From: a virus | Taxonomy: Duplodnaviria; Caudoviricetes | Strand: one strand, 5' to 3' | DNA: 64,000 bases | Virus record (IMG/VR): IMGVR_UViG_3300011008_000008 | Part shown: piece by piece, positions 1 through 9,658 of the stretch | How the letters are laid out: every line of letters starts with the position of its first letter | Position numbering within the stretch: position 1 is the first letter of the stretch | Position numbers and translations under genes: made by a program | The notes under the pieces: generated by a model | What the model was told of the DNA's origin: nothing | Seen by the model: only the letters and a program-made list of their open reading frames with translations | The model's database searches: none

Positions 1-1
1 T

Positions 2-3000
2 TGGGATGATTCTTTCGAGTTCAGATACGATATGGGCACTAAGGACGGCGAAACTATTTCTGACGCTGAATTGGAAGCCCAGCAGGAATTGTCCAAACAG
101 GTGTTCCGCGATATGTATGAGTGGGTTATCACTTCAACAGACGAGGAATTTGTTTCTGAGTTTGGTAATTGGTTTATTACTGAATCACCATTGTATTGGT
201 ATCTGTTTACAGAGCGCTATACAATGATCGACAACAGGGCGAAAAACTCATTCTGGCATTGGGGCAAGACCTATATTACCGAAACTGAAGCTGAGGAAAT
301 GGGCGACGATGCTAAGAATTATATCATTGATAACGATGCGGCGGCAATCAACAATGGTTATAGATTTGATCTATGGGACTATGATAACGATACTGCCCTT
401 GGTATCAATAACTCCGGTGAGCTTACCATGCCATACGGAAAAGAAGATATTGATTTGAAGAAAGATGATGATCCTAACTCTGGTTATATCTTCAATGCCG
501 CAGAAAGTGTTTTCTGGCGCAGAATCCGTAAATTGATGCATTCACAGTTACAGACTTTATATCTGAATCGTGAAAGTGCGGGCTGTTGGAGTTCTGCTTC
601 ACTGATTCAAGAATTTGATGCATGGCAAGAAATGTTCCCAGAAGAATTGTGGAGGCTGGATATTGAAAGAAAGTATATTCGTACTTATGAAGCTGGGACT
701 ACTCGCTTCTTGAATGAGATGGCGAATGGCCGAAAGAGATATCAGCGCCGCCAATTCGAGAGGGATATGGAGGCTTATATCGGGACAAAATATCTCGGCA
801 CAACCGTTACGGCTGACCAGATCATGTTTAGATGTAATACTCCGCAATCCGCAGTAGTATCTCCAGATTATACTTTGAGCATCGTTCCATATTCTGATAT
901 GTATATTTCTGTCAAATATGGTAACTCGCCTGATGTAAAACAGGTTAGAGCAAAAGCAGGTAAACCCTATGTAATTACGACTGAGCTGACGCAGATGGAT
1001 GATACCGCCATTCTGATCTATTGTGCCTCTCGTATTCAAGCATTGAACGACTTATCCGCATGCTATATCCATGATAATGATTTCTCAAAGGCTTCAAAGC
1101 TGAAAACGCTGATTATTGGTAATACCACGGAAGGATATCAAAATACATTCCTGACCACTTTGAACATGGGTAACAATACGTTGCTTGAAACTCTGGATAT
1201 TAGGAATTGTCCAAACCTTACTGGTTCAATCAATCTAAGTGCTTGTGCAAATCTAATTAGGCTTTATGCAGAGGGAACAATTATTACATCTGTTCTATTT
1301 GCGAATAACGGCAAGATTGTTACCGCGCATTTGCCGAGCACAGTAAACGGTTTGACGCTTAGAAACCTGAACTATCTGACTGATCTAATTGTCGCGCAAG
1401 ATAATGGCGTAGACTATCCAAACCTTGAAACCTTTATTTGCGAGTATTCCGTAGTAGATGCTTTGTCTATTATCAGCAGTGCAATCAGCACTTTGCAGAC
1501 GATCAGAGCACTCGGAATCAGTTGGGAGTTGGCAGAAACTACACTGCTCAATAATATTCTGAAAAAGAATAGTTCGCTGTTGAGTGGTTCGGTCTACGTT
1601 TCTGGTCAAATCAGAAATAAAGAGCTGGCTGATTATGAATATAACTGGCCTGATCTTGATGTTACTTACAACTCCGCAAATATTGTTACTCAGTATGAAG
1701 CAACATTCCTCAATGCGGATGGATCGCCGATTACCCGTAAAGATGGTGTAACTCCTTACACTCAATATGTTGACCGTGGTGAAGCGCCATATGATCCTAT
1801 TGAGGCCGGGGATGTCAATACACCTACGCAGGAAAGCGACGATGAATATGACTACACCTTCTCCCATTGGGATAACATTTCAGAGGAGATGCTTGCCCCA
1901 AGAACGATAACGGCGGTATACACAAAGACCGTGCGCGTCTATCGCGTTACATGGTATGCCCGTGCTGGATTGCCATTAAAGACGGTGTATAAGGAATATG
2001 GCTCTGAGGCTGTATACGATGGCGACATTCCGACGAATACCACAGGTGAAAGTTCTTATGTATATAACCTTTTCACTGGATGGGATAAGAGCACAGGCTT
2101 TATCCGTGGCGATACTGATGTCTACGCAGTCTGGGCAACGGCTGAATTGCCAGCCACAACAAAGGATTTGTCTGATATGTCAATGGCTGAAATATTCGCC
2201 GTGGCTTCATCTGGACGTGCCGCTAACTATTTTGAAGATAAAGATTACTTCGACTTCAACATGGGTAATGACTTTAATTTCTCAAATGTTGAAAGTCAGG
2301 TGTTATTTACGGATAAGTATTTTAATGGCGCAGAAGCTATTGATACTGGCATAAAGCTGTTTGGCGACAACCTGAAATCCTTCACTCTTGCAATTGACTT
2401 CACATGGAACAGCACCGATACGGATAATACGTTGGTGTCTTGTTTCGAGGAAGATGGATCAGAGGGATTCAGATTAAGGTATAATTCAGGGCCTAATGTA
2501 CAATGGGGCAATCGTAATATTGCTGTTGGCAATTATAGCGGTACTACTCATTATCGTGATATTGTCGTGCTGCGGTATAACAAGAATGAGAAGGATAAGC
2601 TTTATGTCTACCATACGAATAATGCGAGTTCGCCGACTATGTTCAACCCATCTGTTCTGGTAACAGAACTGGTGAGAACAAGAGAGACGAATACAAATGC
2701 TTCGCTGGTCTTTGGCGCTATGAAGTTCCTTGAGGATGGTTACTATGACTATTATGGCAAAGGAACAATTCATTGGTGTAAAATCTGGTATGACGATCTG
2801 GGTGATGCAAATTGCCAGGAACTTGCCGCATGGTGTCATGAGCCGTGTCGTGCGCACTATTATGGTGCCGGAAGATATAGGCTTGCCGATTCAAGTCTGC
2901 GTTCTAATGCAAGCTTCATTTTCAATAATGAGTTGGCCGGACGTGGATATTATATGAATCCATCACCTAATACCAACGCTGGTGGTTGGGATGCGAGCTA

Positions 3001-3583
3001 TAACCGTGCATTCTGTAATGGCAGATTGTTTAATGGTTTCCCCATCGCGCTTCGCAGTATGATAAAGACCGTTAGAGTAAGCGCTTCCGCTGGATCGCAG
3101 TCAACCGAGATATTAGTGTCACAGGATAAGATTTATCTGGCGGCAACAAAAGAAGCTAATCCAAATAATACCGATACTACATATAATTCTGAAGTGTCCG
3201 CAGGTATCTCTTGGTTTACTTCTAACCTAACGAGGGTTAAGTTTAGAGGCAGGATCATTAAAGAGGGCGCTCAATACTTTTCCACTAATCAGGAACCTTC
3301 TTTAACGTCTACAAACAATGTCAAGCCTGGTGACATCTGGATTAATACTGGAAACGAAAGCAGAGGATATATGTACGTGACGCAGGATGAAATCGATCAG
3401 TTTGGTTTAACTCCTGCATATACCGCAAACATTGGTGGAGGCTGGGTAGCTTCCGCGGGCTGGTGGTTGCGTTCGCCGGGTGTGTCCAGCTCGACGTCCT
3501 TCTGGTTTGTCTACACCTATGGCGACATGAGCACCAACGGCGCGAGCAACGTGTTTGGGGTTGTGCCCTGCTTCTCTATCTAA
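2..3583 (+). CDS. Large phage tail/receptor-binding protein (5' end outside window); CotH-like region, LRR-like repeats, LamG-like region, C-terminal DGR-variable domain
   Basis: Frame is open from position 2 (WDDSFEFRYD before M32). Motifs DNRAKNSFWH and WDYDNDTALG, LRR-like LETLDIRNCPNL, and C-terminus WWLRSP...GVVPCFSI typical of DGR targets. Confidence 0.8.
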   Translation, partial: WDDSFEFRYDMGTKDGETISDAELEAQQELSKQVFRDMYEWVITSTDEEFVSEFGNWFITESPLYWYLFTERYTMIDNRAKNSFWHWGKTYITETEAEEMGDDAKNYIIDNDAAAINNGYRFDLWDYDNDTALGINNSGELTMPYGKEDIDLKKDDDPNSGYIFNAAESVFWRRIRKLMHSQLQTLYLNRESAGCWSSASLIQEFDAWQEMFPEELWRLDIERKYIRTYEAGTTRFLNEMANGRKRYQRRQFERDMEAYIGTKYLGTTVTADQIMFRCNTPQSAVVSPDYTLSIVPYSDMYISVKYGNSPDVKQVRAKAGKPYVITTELTQMDDTAILIYCASRIQALNDLSACYIHDNDFSKASKLKTLIIGNTTEGYQNTFLTTLNMGNNTLLETLDIRNCPNLTGSINLSACANLIRLYAEGTIITSVLFANNGKIVTAHLPSTVNGLTLRNLNYLTDLIVAQDNGVDYPNLETFICEYSVVDALSIISSAISTLQTIRALGISWELAETTLLNNILKKNSSLLSGSVYVSGQIRNKELADYEYNWPDLDVTYNSANIVTQYEATFLNADGSPITRKDGVTPYTQYVDRGEAPYDPIEAGDVNTPTQESDDEYDYTFSHWDNISEEMLAPRTITAVYTKTVRVYRVTWYARAGLPLKTVYKEYGSEAVYDGDIPTNTTGESSYVYNLFTGWDKSTGFIRGDTDVYAVWATAELPATTKDLSDMSMAEIFAVASSGRAANYFEDKDYFDFNMGNDFNFSNVESQVLFTDKYFNGAEAIDTGIKLFGDNLKSFTLAIDFTWNSTDTDNTLVSCFEEDGSEGFRLRYNSGPNVQWGNRNIAVGNYSGTTHYRDIVVLRYNKNEKDKLYVYHTNNASSPTMFNPSVLVTELVRTRETNTNASLVFGAMKFLEDGYYDYYGKGTIHWCKIWYDDLGDANCQELAAWCHEPCRAHYYGAGRYRLADSSLRSNASFIFNNELAGRGYYMNPSPNTNAGGWDASYNRAFCNGRLFNGFPIALRSMIKTVRVSASAGSQSTEILVSQDKIYLAATKEANPNNTDTTYNSEVSAGISWFTSNLTRVKFRGRIIKEGAQYFSTNQEPSLTSTNNVKPGDIWINTGNESRGYMYVTQDEIDQFGLTPAYTANIGGGWVASAGWWLRSPGVSSSTSFWFVYTYGDMSTNGASNVFGVVPCFSI
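3449..3574 (+). repeat. DGR variable repeat (VR)
   Basis: 126 bp colinear with 4482-4607. Of 17 mismatches, 16 lie opposite TR adenines. Confidence 0.97.
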
Positions 3584-3605
3584 AAATCTAAGGAAAGGGA
3601 AATAT

Positions 3606-3644
3606 GGTGGGCAAGAACACAGATTATCTGGCGGCTTGCCCGCC
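3606..3644 (+). promoter_or_regulatory. Hairpin downstream of VR (candidate DGR target-recognition hairpin)
   Basis: GGTGGGCAAG...CTTGCCCGCC stem with inner CAGAT-T-ATCTG, about 30 nt after the VR. Confidence 0.6.
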
Positions 3645-3658
3645 TAATACTGTAAGAA

Positions 3659-4453
3659 ATGTCTGTTTTGAAAAACGATAGAGTAATCGCGCCTTATGAA
3701 TACGAAAGGACGTTCGGATTACTCTATCAATTCAGCATGAAAAACACATCTAAAGCATCCAAGCGCAGAAAACGCTGGATATGTGATGAAATAGATGGTC
3801 GAATGAATGCCCTGTTTAATACCATAACAGGGCTATCTACAAATTACTTTGAGCCGTCAAATAGGAAAGCATCTATTGCAGAAATTATTAAAGAGGCAAT
3901 AGAAGGATTATGTCAATTACAAAAACCATTGCTTGCTTTCTGGAATATATCAGAATCAAAAATAAGCACAATGGAACAATGGGTAAAATATATCAACAAG
4001 GATTTAAAATTACTAAATAATATGTTAGAAGAGAAAGTCGATTACGATCCGTTATTCATTATTGATTATGATTCTGTTTCAAAAGCGGAATATGTAAAGA
4101 AGATGGCAGAACTACATAAGTATGTTCACGGAAAGATAGTTCATGCGCCGTTGAAATATCAAAACACCGGTTCAAATCTTATCATCAGTTTGATAGATGA
4201 TGCATTGTACAATGTAATGAGTGCAAATGTACGGATTCCTAAAACTGCTGAACAATACAAGAAACGGCGTAAGAAAATATCAAAAGCTATTTCAGATTTG
4301 AACAAGCTTCAAAGACCGCTTTCAGTATATTTTGTAATGCTTGAATACAGCGAGAAGGAAATAGCAAAACTATCTTCTTTGATTCGTGAGGAATTAAAAT
4401 TATTATACGGAATCAATAGATCGGATAAAGATCGTTTTTCAAATCTCAAATAG
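3659..4453 (+). CDS. avd: DGR accessory protein Avd-like, apparently a tandem duplication
   Basis: Lies between VR and TR. MSVLK N-terminus and SDKDRF C-terminus resemble Avd. Internal repeats AIEGLCQLQKPL/AISDLNKLQRPL and INKDLKLL/IREELKLL. Confidence 0.75.
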   Translation: MSVLKNDRVIAPYEYERTFGLLYQFSMKNTSKASKRRKRWICDEIDGRMNALFNTITGLSTNYFEPSNRKASIAEIIKEAIEGLCQLQKPLLAFWNISESKISTMEQWVKYINKDLKLLNNMLEEKVDYDPLFIIDYDSVSKAEYVKKMAELHKYVHGKIVHAPLKYQNTGSNLIISLIDDALYNVMSANVRIPKTAEQYKKRRKKISKAISDLNKLQRPLSVYFVMLEYSEKEIAKLSSLIREELKLLYGINRSDKDRFSNLK

Positions 4454-4481
4454 TTTTATATAGGTTATATTCTGATATCGT

Positions 4482-4607
4482 GCTTCCGCGAACTGGTGGT
4501 TGCGTTCGCCGGGTTTGTCCAGCTCGACGAACTTCTGGAATGTCAACACCAATGGCAACATGAACAACAACAACGCGAGCAACGTGAATGGGGTTGTGCC
4601 CTGATTC
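4482..4607 (+). ncRNA. DGR template repeat (TR)
   Basis: AAC/AAT-rich copy of the VR (12 AAY codons) with TGA in place of TGC at its end. Confidence 0.97.
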
Positions 4608-4920
4608 CCACTTGTAAAGTAGCAGTTTATTTATAATCTGTGAAGCCAAAAACAAATGTGTTTTAACAAATGAGAAGGAGAATATGACCTTCTGTGTTAC
4701 GTAAGTGAGCACAGCAAATGTTATTCTGGTCTGCTTTAAGATCAGAGCGCGACGGGCAGCGTTTCCTTGTACCTACAGTTGAAGCTTCTTGCATGGGTCA
4801 ATTTTGATTATTGGATTGACTTTCATACTGACAGGTCGAGCAATCCACAGACAATAATCCATAGAACTGATTGCCGGGAAGTACAGTCTCACTATTAATT
4901 GAAATAAAGAGGATTCTCGC

Positions 4921-6213
4921 TTGAATAACGAAGAACGTATTAAAGCACGTATTGAACGTGATAAACTTAGACGGCAACAAAAGAAACAGGAAAAATATAA
5001 GCAATTCGACAACTTTGAAAATGTAATCAACTATACCAATTATTATTCTGCATTGAAGAAATGTATAAAGGGTGTGGGCTGGAAGGGAAGCGTTCAAAGA
5101 TATGTCCAGAATAGTGTGATTGAAATTGATAAGACGATTCAAAGCTTATATCAAGGTCAGCTTCCCAAATTTACAAGTACAAAATCAATTGTTATTCGGG
5201 AGCGCGGAAAGGCGCGGAAGATTGTGCCGGTTACGATCAGCGATAGAATGACACAAAGAGTGTTATGTGATTTCGCAATGACACCGGTTATCTATGATTC
5301 TCTGATTTATGATAATGGTGCAAGCATGCCAAATAAAGGCGTTGAATTTGCCAGAAAGAGAATTGAGCATCATCTGCACCAGGCGATTAACGAATATGGC
5401 AATGATTTCTATGCTCTGGTTTTCGATTTTAAAAGCTACTTTGAAAGCATTCCGCATAAGCAATGCTTGAAAATATTGAAGAAGCATTTTATAGATAAGA
5501 GAATCGTCGGTTTGATTATGGCGATTATCAGATCATATGCAGTCCCTTCCATTAAGAAAATAGAGGACGAAGAAACGCGCACGCAAATGTTGAAGGAACT
5601 GAGGCAGCACAAGTTCAACGGCATTTGTTTGGGTAGTCAAATATCGCAGGTTATGGCATTGGCCGTTCCGAATGAATTGGATCATTATATAAAGGATAAA
5701 TGCGGATTCAAGCATTATATCAGATATATGGACGATGGCGTGGTTATCGCCAAATCGAAAGATGAGCTTGTCAAACTGTATGCCGCATTGAAGGACATTG
5801 CTACCTCTATTGGCTTAAAGTTCAATGAGAATAAAAGTCATATCGTCAGTATCCATAAGGGATTTACATTCCTGAAAGTTCGGTATTTCATTGGCCGCAA
5901 GAATAAGTTGGCTAAGGTTCTTGTGCGTAGCGGTGTTACGCGCATGAGAAGGAAGCTATTTAAATTTAGGAAGAAAGTTGATAGCGGCAAGATGTCCCTT
6001 GACGATGTTTATAATTCGTTGCAATCGTGGGTATCGCACAGTAAAATAGCATCTTCATATCATACAAGGCGCAGGATGTTGTATTTGTATAATAAGTTGT
6101 TTGACGGTTATAGGATTAATGATTTAAAGAAAAAACAGACAAGGAGGAGATCTGGTGAGATTCTACAAGATAATAGATGGGAACTCTTTTATTGGGATAG
6201 GGTCATCGCTTAG
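4921..6213 (+). CDS. DGR reverse transcriptase
   Basis: FDFKSYF, GICLGSQISQ and YIRYMDD motifs; adjacent to TR. Confidence 0.97.
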   Translation: MNNEERIKARIERDKLRRQQKKQEKYKQFDNFENVINYTNYYSALKKCIKGVGWKGSVQRYVQNSVIEIDKTIQSLYQGQLPKFTSTKSIVIRERGKARKIVPVTISDRMTQRVLCDFAMTPVIYDSLIYDNGASMPNKGVEFARKRIEHHLHQAINEYGNDFYALVFDFKSYFESIPHKQCLKILKKHFIDKRIVGLIMAIIRSYAVPSIKKIEDEETRTQMLKELRQHKFNGICLGSQISQVMALAVPNELDHYIKDKCGFKHYIRYMDDGVVIAKSKDELVKLYAALKDIATSIGLKFNENKSHIVSIHKGFTFLKVRYFIGRKNKLAKVLVRSGVTRMRRKLFKFRKKVDSGKMSLDDVYNSLQSWVSHSKIASSYHTRRRMLYLYNKLFDGYRINDLKKKQTRRRSGEILQDNRWELFYWDRVIA

Positions 6214-6910
6214 TTTTAGGCGCTACCAAACAAAGCACAAAATACTATTGTGTTGCGATGAAACAGAGGGCGAATACATTGATTACAAAGAGAAGTTGTA
6301 CCGCGATAGTTGGCTTGCTCCTCGCAAAACAAATGATATTCCATTTATGTCCGCTGATATTATAGAGATTGATTTTGATGAATACAAGGCTCTATATGAC
6401 GCCATAGAAAGAGACGAAGAAATAATACACGAGCAAACGCAGGATGAAGATTATGAAGAACCGCCCGTTATTGAATATGATGATGGTATCACAATCGAAG
6501 CTGCAAAGGAAATGAAGAATACAGAAATGAACTATACTTGCCACAAGATTATTGAGGCAGGATTTGACATTACTCTATCAGACGGAGAAACACATCATTT
6601 TTCATTGACAACACAGGATCAGCTTAATTTGATTACGCTGTCCTCTATGGTTGCTTCAGGCGCTGATCAAGTCCCCTATCATGCCGATGGAGAATTGTGT
6701 CAGTATTATTCTGCGGCTGACATCCAATTGATTGTTAATACTGCGACTGCACTAAAGACATATCATACGACCTATGTAAACGCGCTGAAGATGTATGTGC
6801 GCTCATTGGACACGATTGAATCAATCTTATCTATTGAGTACGGCGTAGATTTACCGGAGGAATTTCAATCTGACGTTCTTAAAAATATTATCCATGATAT
6901 CGGCGGGTAA
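6155..6910 (+). CDS. Phage tail-associated protein (DUF4376-like)
   Basis: HFSLTTQDQLNL...YHADGELC motif recalled from tail-region proteins. Confidence 0.6.
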   Translation: MRFYKIIDGNSFIGIGSSLSFRRYQTKHKILLCCDETEGEYIDYKEKLYRDSWLAPRKTNDIPFMSADIIEIDFDEYKALYDAIERDEEIIHEQTQDEDYEEPPVIEYDDGITIEAAKEMKNTEMNYTCHKIIEAGFDITLSDGETHHFSLTTQDQLNLITLSSMVASGADQVPYHADGELCQYYSAADIQLIVNTATALKTYHTTYVNALKMYVRSLDTIESILSIEYGVDLPEEFQSDVLKNIIHDIGG

Positions 6911-6916
6911 TCAAAT

Positions 6917-7345
6917 ATGCGTAAATATCTAAAGGAATTATTTCTATTCGTTGTATTTGGTACGCTGTATTTTATGATTGAGACTATCTATAAGGGACGT
7001 ATTACCCATTGGACGATGTTCGTCCTGGCTGGCTTTATTGGCGTCTGCATAGGCAGGATAAATGAGGATATTCCGTGGGAAATGTCATTCTGGCGGCAAT
7101 GTATGATTGGAATGATTATCGCAACATTCGCAGAGGGATTATCTGGAATAGTTCTTAATGTATGGCTTCATTTGAATATATGGAATTACAGCAATACACC
7201 TTTGAGATTCTTTTTCGGGCAATGCTGTATTCCATTTTGTTTGGCTTGGTATGCGCTTTCTGGAATATGCATTATATTGGACGATTATTTAAGATGGAGG
7301 TTCTTTGGAGAGGAATGCCCAAGGTATAATTTTGATCTATGGTAA
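6917..7345 (+). CDS. Small multi-pass membrane protein
   Basis: Four hydrophobic segments; THWTMF and WNYS...GQ motifs. Confidence 0.65.
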   Translation: MRKYLKELFLFVVFGTLYFMIETIYKGRITHWTMFVLAGFIGVCIGRINEDIPWEMSFWRQCMIGMIIATFAEGLSGIVLNVWLHLNIWNYSNTPLRFFFGQCCIPFCLAWYALSGICIILDDYLRWRFFGEECPRYNFDLW

Positions 7346-7746
7346 AAAGTATAATAGATAACGCAATAGAGAAACTTGAAATACAATTAAATAGTGCTTC
7401 GCGTGGCGCACAATCACAAGAAGAAACAGCTTATGCCTCTGGGCTGGCTGATGCATTGGAAATTCTTTTAGACGAGAAAGCCAGCGCATTAATCATTGGC
7501 CGCGAATACTATGTTTTAGTTTGGGACGAAGATTTGAATACAACAATGATTCAAAAGAGAGTTTTGTCAAAGATAACTACGACATTGACTAAGACGGCTT
7601 ATTGTTTTTCGCTTGTCGGGAAAAGAGATTTGCGCCCGGTTGTTTTATATAGTAGCGGCGGTTTGGCAAACAGAGTATTTGAGAATTACGATGATGCTGT
7701 CCGCTGGAAGGAACATGTTTATCTAAATCAAAAAGTTCAGTATTGA
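7339..7746 (+). CDS. Hypothetical protein
   Basis: 135-aa ORF overlapping the upstream gene end. Confidence 0.6.
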   Translation: MVKSIIDNAIEKLEIQLNSASRGAQSQEETAYASGLADALEILLDEKASALIIGREYYVLVWDEDLNTTMIQKRVLSKITTTLTKTAYCFSLVGKRDLRPVVLYSSGGLANRVFENYDDAVRWKEHVYLNQKVQY

Positions 7747-7749
7747 GTT

Positions 7750-7779
7750 GATTGCCTTATTGGGCGGTCTTTTTATTTT
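7750..7779 (+). terminator. Rho-independent terminator
   Basis: GATTGCCT-TATT-GGGCGGTC stem followed by TTTTTATTTT. Confidence 0.65.
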
Positions 7780-7797
7780 ATAAGGAGGTACAGCGAT

Positions 7798-7905
7798 ATG
7801 AAGATTTGGGATTCTTTAATTGAAAAGATGAAGGATGTCGCTACTGAAAAGCAGGGTGATGATAAGCCCAGGGAGATTGTCGTAATTGACGGCAAACAGA
7901 TTTAG
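7798..7905 (+). CDS. 35-aa small protein (MKIWDSLIEKMKDVATEKQGDDKPREIVVIDGKQI)
   Basis: Strong AAGGAGG RBS; below the ORF-track length cutoff. Confidence 0.55.
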   Translation: MKIWDSLIEKMKDVATEKQGDDKPREIVVIDGKQI

Positions 7906-7923
7906 TAGAAGGAGGAAACAGTT

Positions 7924-9090
7924 ATGTCTTTTACAACATTGAAGAATGGTAGTAAGGGAGATATGGTTAAGGCATTGCAGTATATCGTTGGTGTAACAGC
8001 CGATGGTAAGTTTGGTTCAAAGACTGAATCAGCGGTTAAGACATTGCAGAAGAAATATGGTTTAACTGTTGATGGTAAAGCTGGCCAAAAGACATTCCAA
8101 GCAATTGTCAATAATGCGCCAACTTTGAAATTCGGATCAACAGGTGCTTATGTTTATGCCATAGAGGTATTGCTTTCTACCATGAAGCTTGATGGTATTT
8201 TTTCGGCTGATGAAACAGCACATGTAAAAACTTATCAGGCGTCAAAGAATCTAACGGCAGATGGACTTGTCGGAAAGAAAACGTATACCGCATTGTTTGG
8301 CTTGGATTCAGTAACCACAAGCAATGGGACGAATACAACCCAGCCAGTGAATTATAAGCAATATGATAGTCGTTGGGGTTCCGTTGTGTATACAAAGAAT
8401 AATACTTATAACAAAAATCAGACTATAAAGAGTTCTGGTTGTGGCCCAACAAGCATGGCCGACATCGTTGCTACATGGTGGGATAAGAGTATTACACCAA
8501 AGGAAATGTGCGCATTGTCTGTGGCTAATGGTTACAGGACAACTAACTCTGGCACGGCCTGGAACTTCTTCGAGTTCGTAGCAAAGAAGTATAAGGCAAG
8601 TAAATTTGTCCAAACTTCTTCATTTACAACAATGCAAAATTGTTTGGCAAGCGGCGGCTATGTTGTCGTTTCTTTTAAAGAGTCCAAGTGGACAAACGGA
8701 GGTTAACATAATGGCCTCCTAACACGGTGAACTGGTACATGCCAGGTGTCGCTAAATATAGCGGCTAACGGGGAAAGCTAAACGCAAAAGCGCATGCCAA
8801 TCCCGTGCCAAGCCTCAATGCGAGGAAGGTGTAACGACTATCTCATATGAGAGTACATTGCAGGTGAAACTCCTGCTATGGAAGCGCCGTGCATTTGATA
8901 ATATACCAAATGAAGATATAGTCTGGCCTCATGGAAACATGGTGGGTTAATGCATTATTGTTGCCTTTGGAAAGATGATGGCAAAAACATCTATGTGAAT
9001 GATCCTGCAAGTGCGAGTTCTTCAAGGGCAAAGGGAACATATTCAGAGGTTAAGGCCGCTGCAAAGCAATACTTCTGCTTCTGGAAATAG
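7924..9090 (+). CDS. PG-binding + C39-like cysteine peptidase, spliced: exon 1 7924-8703, exon 2 8953-9090 (305 aa)
   Basis: Two PG_binding_1 repeats, Q.D..W and GCGPTS motifs in exon 1. Splicing joins WTNGG to HYCCLWKDDGKNIYVNDP, restoring the catalytic His and Asp. Confidence 0.9.
8704..8952 (+). ncRNA. Group I intron (IA-like, no ORF)
   Basis: Exon ends in U and intron ends in G. IGS GCCTCC pairs GGAGGU; P10 ATAATG/CATTAT; P3 CACGGTG/CGCCGTG; P/Q AACGGGGAA/AATCCCGTG; P7 GACTA/TAGTC; P7.1 and P7.2 hairpins. Confidence 0.93.
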
Positions 9091-9115
9091 AATAAACTTG
9101 TAGGAGGTTTCACGT

Positions 9116-9577
9116 ATGGATACTGCATCAATTTGGGCGATGCTATCAGACATCAAAGTAGGAAGTTTGATAGCATGGGGGATTGTTATTATTGCTATTA
9201 TTACAGCGATAGTAAAAGGTGTGATGAAGTTATACACTTTTTTCACCAAATACAAAAATCTGAAAGAAGAAAATGAGAAGCAATCCGAGCTATTAAAGGG
9301 ACATGATGAGACGCTTAAAAAGATTAACGAGTGCTTAGAAAAGATGAATAAACGTCTTGATGAACAAAGCGAGGTTAATCTAAAACAGATTCGTCATACT
9401 ATTGTTTACACTTGTTATGATGCAATTGCTGCGGGAGAAATCCAGATCGGGAAGCTAAAGTCGCTCGAAGAAATGTACGACGAATACACGAATATATTCC
9501 ACGGAAACGGCTATGTGAAAACACTTGTTGAACGTGTGCGGGAGCAACTTCCAATAGTCGGAAACTTGGACGAGTGA
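9116..9577 (+). CDS. Holin-like single-TM coiled-coil protein
   Basis: One N-terminal TM segment; positioned between two lysins. Confidence 0.55.
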   Translation: MDTASIWAMLSDIKVGSLIAWGIVIIAIITAIVKGVMKLYTFFTKYKNLKEENEKQSELLKGHDETLKKINECLEKMNKRLDEQSEVNLKQIRHTIVYTCYDAIAAGEIQIGKLKSLEEMYDEYTNIFHGNGYVKTLVERVREQLPIVGNLDE

Positions 9578-9658
9578 TCACAAAACAATTAGGACATAAA
9601 CACAGATTTTGTAGGAGTATAGCATAAAGCTGTACTCCGAGTTTTTATATTTAGAGAA

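Larger units (their letters stand above)
3449..6213 (+). mobile_element. Diversity-generating retroelement (VR - avd - TR - RT)
   Basis: VR/TR pair with adenine-biased mismatches, an Avd-like gene and an RT in canonical order. Confidence 0.97.

Noticed and set aside
4921-6213. Group II intron or retron RT
   Set aside because: The TR/VR pair and Avd identify it as a DGR RT.
7924-8706. Truncated pseudogene lysin
   Set aside because: The stop codon is the first intron codon, and exon 2 restores the catalytic residues.
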